A DNA stretch of 64,000 nucleotides. It comes from a virus. This document shows, piece after piece, positions 61,222-64,000 of the stretch (its first letter is position 1; the number at the start of each line of letters is the position of its first letter). Below the pieces are notes generated by a model. The model made no database searches. It had not been told where the DNA came from and saw nothing but the letters and a program-made list of their open reading frames with translations. The position numbers and the translations under genes are program-made. The stretch lies in the IMG/VR virus record IMGVR_UViG_3300045912_000129, positions 1,653 through 65,652 of that record, one strand, 5' to 3'.

Positions 61222-61638
61222 ATGAATATGACACACAAAAAAGAAGAAGTAGTTGTAAAACCCTACTTACTAAACATCAGTAACCACCCCTCCTCTGGAT
61301 GGACTGATAAACAAATCATGGCTGCCCGAAGAGATTATCGGGCAATAATTGACTTCTCTTTTCCAAACGTCGACCCTGAGCTCGACGAGGAAGGAGTTCG
61401 TCAACTAGCAGAGAAAACCATTTTTGACATTCTTTGGCATTTGCCAGAGAGAAGTGAGGCATTAGTAGCCCACGTCATGGGCGAAATGTCCTTGGTATAT
61501 CAAATGGTCAATCTGCTGGAGTCTAAAAACATCACTTGTATTTGCAGCACCACCAAGAGGATTGTGGAGGTGCTTCCAAACGGACAAAAACTCAGCAAGT
61601 TTGAGTTTGTCCGTTTTAGACCATATGTAGCTAAATAG
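61222..61638 (+). CDS. csx20: Csx20-like protein (type III CRISPR ring nuclease family)
   Basis: LLNISNHPSSGW...Q..AA, DFSFPNVDP, HVMGEMSL, CSTTKR and FEFVRFRPY match the Csx20 pattern as recalled. Confidence 0.82.
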   Translation: MNMTHKKEEVVVKPYLLNISNHPSSGWTDKQIMAARRDYRAIIDFSFPNVDPELDEEGVRQLAEKTIFDILWHLPERSEALVAHVMGEMSLVYQMVNLLESKNITCICSTTKRIVEVLPNGQKLSKFEFVRFRPYVAK

Positions 61639-62169
61639 CACATATGGTTTAACCGCTAGCATACCGGTTATAATAGTACGCTAACCGTGTAATCTCTCAC
61701 GGTATATAAATAAGAGTAGTATTGACCCTGCTTGCATATCAGGGTATATAAATAGTATGCTTAACTAAACATAAAGGAGTAGAGTACTCGCACCTCTATT
61801 TTCTTTTATGTTTATTTTAATTTATCAACTTTACTTCTTATGGTTTTTAATTTAATTACTTTTCTTTTTTTTCTTTAAGACTTCCCAGGAGTATCTTGTA
61901 GTGCGAGCAAGAGAAACTGGGTGTATCCTATTCTTTTGAGGACAAGAATAGGAAAAATAAAGTCCTCCACTGCTTTAGTGTCATTTTGATACTAAGGCAG
62001 TGTTTTAACCAGATGTTCTTGAAACAAAGAGAACACTGGTTATTAAACTTTTTGCAGTGTAATTAGCTGCAAACCTCTTTAGCATATAGAGGTTATAAAG
62101 AATATGCTGTTTTATGCTTGAAAGAAATTAAAAAGTCTTTCAAGTTTTATTAACATAAAATTTATCACT

Positions 62170-62529
62170 ATGAATCTTCTCTCTTCACTCGACAGTGTAA
62201 ACTTGTTACTGGCAGCAAGTTTACCCTTTGAAGCTTTCTATGAGCAATTCATGGAGAGCTTAACTTTTTGCCGTGAATTTCATGGTAAAGGTTTTGACAA
62301 AGTTGACTTTACCAACTTTGACAATGCCAGCCTTAAAAGACCTGATCTTCTCTTGGGTGTATGTTTTACACCCAAGTATGTGTTCCTATATGCTTACCAT
62401 GGCAAATGGGAGCACTCAAGTCGAGTCAAACTCTCTGCTGAAACGTCTCTTTCAGACTACTTGTCAGCAGTAGAGTCTGTTACCAAAACCTTTGCAGAAA
62501 TAGTTTACAACTACCTCAAAGGTTTGTAA
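62170..62529 (+). CDS. Hypothetical protein
   Basis: 119 aa with ATG. Confidence 0.55.
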   Translation: MNLLSSLDSVNLLLAASLPFEAFYEQFMESLTFCREFHGKGFDKVDFTNFDNASLKRPDLLLGVCFTPKYVFLYAYHGKWEHSSRVKLSAETSLSDYLSAVESVTKTFAEIVYNYLKGL

Positions 62530-62566
62530 AAAACCCCGCTAGCATACCGGGTAAAGTATGCTAATT

Positions 62567-62728
62567 ATTGAGTAAGCTAACGGCTTACAAGTGCAGCAAG
62601 GAGAAATGCCTTGTGATGCAGCCAGCTAGTCATATGACTAACGGTATATGTTATGCAGACATCTGAGAGATGATGCTCCACATATAGCCCGGAGATGGTG
62701 TTTAGTTAGTCCACTAAGCTTACTCAAT
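62567..62728 (+). ncRNA. Multibranch RNA-like element closed by a perfect 12-bp stem
   Basis: ATTGAGTAAGCT pairs with AGCTTACTCAAT. Inner hairpins CAAGG/CCTTG, TAGTCA/TGACTA and CATC/GATG. Confidence 0.5.
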
Positions 62729-62832
62729 TTTTAATGAGTGATCTTGAAAGAAATGACAAGATTGCTTATTACTAACAGCGTAACTTCTCAAGTTTAAAAG
62801 GAAAGTTAATCTTGTGAATTACGCTATAATAT

Positions 62833-62903
62833 ACTTCATTCGTCTAATGGTAAGACGCTAGATTGTCTATCTAGAGATAAGAGTTCGATTCTCTTATGAA
62901 GTG
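62833..62903 (+). tRNA. trnD: tRNA-Asp(GUC), no encoded CCA
   Basis: Acceptor ACTTCAT/ATGAAGT, anticodon arm CTAGA-TT GTC TA-TCTAG, T-arm AAGAG-TTCGATT-CTCTT. Confidence 0.92.
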
Positions 62904-63047
62904 CAACCGTGTAACTTTCACGTTAAAAAAGTACTCTGTAACACTCAGAGTTTAAATATAAAGTGTTTTCACTATTTATTTTTTCACCACCCCGCAAGGG
63001 CGTTACCCTTAACGAGATAAGGCCATGCTCTGGAAGGAGATTAAACC

Positions 63048-63377
63048 ATGGTAAAAGTACAGTCAATCAGTGTAGTGTGCCAGCTAAAAGGCTTGAAAAG
63101 CCTTGTTAACAAGTACTGTCTTCTTCCTAGTGGAGAGATAGTGTTTGTTAATAAATGTCCAAAGATAAAAATGGACCATACAGGGAAAACTATGGTAGAG
63201 TTTAATGGGGATCAATGCGTCCCCATTGAGAGAACCATAGCGTTTTCCAAACACCAAGAACCATTAACTAATTTTCAAACCCTAGCTAACAAGCTATGGT
63301 GTTTGAAGATTAGGAAAAGACCCTCAGACGTACCACTTGGTGTTTACCGGGTGTGTAAAACGTTGATGGGGGTATGA
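63048..63377 (+). CDS. Hypothetical protein behind the third structured leader
   Basis: 109 aa. Confidence 0.55.
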   Translation: MVKVQSISVVCQLKGLKSLVNKYCLLPSGEIVFVNKCPKIKMDHTGKTMVEFNGDQCVPIERTIAFSKHQEPLTNFQTLANKLWCLKIRKRPSDVPLGVYRVCKTLMGV

Positions 63378-63556
63378 TCTTGGTAAAACCGCGTAACTCC
63401 CGCGGTATACAAATAGGAGCAGCATTAATCCGCTAGCATACCGGTTATAATAGTGTGCTATATTAAACCTTTTGCACTGTAGTTAGCAACAAACCTCGTA
63501 AGCACACCGAGGTATATAAGTAGTGTGCTATTCATTAACCATAAAAACATCAAACC

Positions 63557-64000
63557 ATGAAAAGAACTTTTCAGACGAACCAAGAGTTCGTCGCAGCAAT
63601 GTACCAAATGAGAGCCATCAGCACCCTCACTAAATGGATCAAACAGATCCAATCCATTCGCAGCATTGCTCGTTATGAAGAGCATGATGCGGTTATGGGA
63701 GGAGCCGACTCCTCTCTGTACGAGGTTCTCGTTCCTTCAACCGATGCTTCTCTTCGCATCATTGAAAGGGAAGTTGCAGAACTCTCCCCTGAAGACCAAA
63801 CCATCTTCAAGCCTCTTATTGATAGTGCTTGGGGTGCTTATTCCCCAACCGAAAAAGCTGCACACTTAGAGGAGGACCAAGAGTTCTCTGAAACAGTGTG
63901 CAAAAAAGCGGTCAGCACACTCAGCAAATGGCTGAAAAATCTCCAAGAAATCCGTATCATTGTTCGTCATGAAAAACATGATGCGATTATTGGAGGAGGA
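63557..64000 (+). CDS. Internally repeated helical protein (3'-truncated; not in the ORF track)
   Basis: ATG at 63557, open to the window end. AISTLTKWIKQIQSIRSIARYEEHDAVMGG is repeated as AVSTLSKWLKNLQEIRIIVRHEKHDAIIGG. Confidence 0.7.
   Translation, partial: MKRTFQTNQEFVAAMYQMRAISTLTKWIKQIQSIRSIARYEEHDAVMGGADSSLYEVLVPSTDASLRIIEREVAELSPEDQTIFKPLIDSAWGAYSPTEKAAHLEEDQEFSETVCKKAVSTLSKWLKNLQEIRIIVRHEKHDAIIGGG

Larger units (their letters stand above)
54093..63040 (+). promoter_or_regulatory. Three-copy structured 5' leader CCCC..GGGCGTTACCCTTRACGAGAYAAGGC..YCTGGAAGG
   Basis: Copies at 54093-54143, 54437-54487 and 62990-63040, each 7-9 nt before an ATG. Compensatory change CCTTG/CAAGG versus CCTTA/TAAGG. 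Confidence 0.7.
52941..63488 (+). promoter_or_regulatory. Dispersed 18-nt motif TTTGCAGTGTAGTTAGCA (9 copies plus 1 partial)
   Basis: Copies start at 52941, 54801, 56232, 56518, 56882, 59725, 60780, 62051 and 63471, with a partial copy near 60299. All are intergenic, on the + strand, and usually preceded by AAACC. Confidence 0.75.
53909..63530 (+). ncRNA. Family of about 30 dispersed H-type pseudoknot elements (about 28-43 nt each)
   Basis: Architecture is S1(4-7 bp)-loop-S1'-A-rich linker (TATATAAATA / TAAA / TATAATA)-S2' pairing with the loop. Both stems covary between copies; coordinates are given in the findings. Confidence 0.8.

Noticed and set aside
52871-62933. Weak pseudoknot-like copies at 52871, 56907 and 62905
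   Set aside because: Their stems are short or bulged, so they were left out of the confident count pending a covariance-model score.
53909-63530. CRISPR array or mini-array interpretation of the intergenic repeats
   Set aside because: The repeats are not identical, conserve structure rather than sequence, and are separated by genes rather than uniform spacers. No cas genes are present.

Overview
This is about 64 kb of a crAss-like (Crassvirales-type) Bacteroidetes phage genome in the standard genetic code, assigned from recalled family motifs only. (1) 1-5870 (+): the 5'-truncated giant virion RNA polymerase gene (RIPTQG and GSDFDIDK motifs), converging at a bidirectional terminator on (2). 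(2) 6009-51915 (-): an AT-rich late/morphogenesis arm encoding large ejected cargo proteins, muzzle and ring proteins, a fibre/spike cluster, auxiliary and major capsid proteins, scaffold, a GroEL-like chaperonin, portal, terminase, a u-spanin-like lipoprotein and a GroES-like protein. (3) 52340-64000 (+): a visibly more GC-rich putative early region of small genes separated by very dense RNA-like structure. The most striking signal is about 30 dispersed H-type pseudoknots with compensatory changes in both stems, resembling type III (CptI-like) RNA antitoxins, with no cognate toxin recognised in the window. The early region also has two 540-640 nt structured non-coding tracts, two CCA-less tRNAs, a D-armless tRNA-like element, a 9-copy 18-nt motif, Csx15- and Csx20-like type III CRISPR ring-nuclease homologues, an NDK-nucleotidyltransferase fusion and a RelA/SpoT-like enzyme. 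Together these suggest a protein-plus-RNA anti-defence island. No database searches or folding programs were run.
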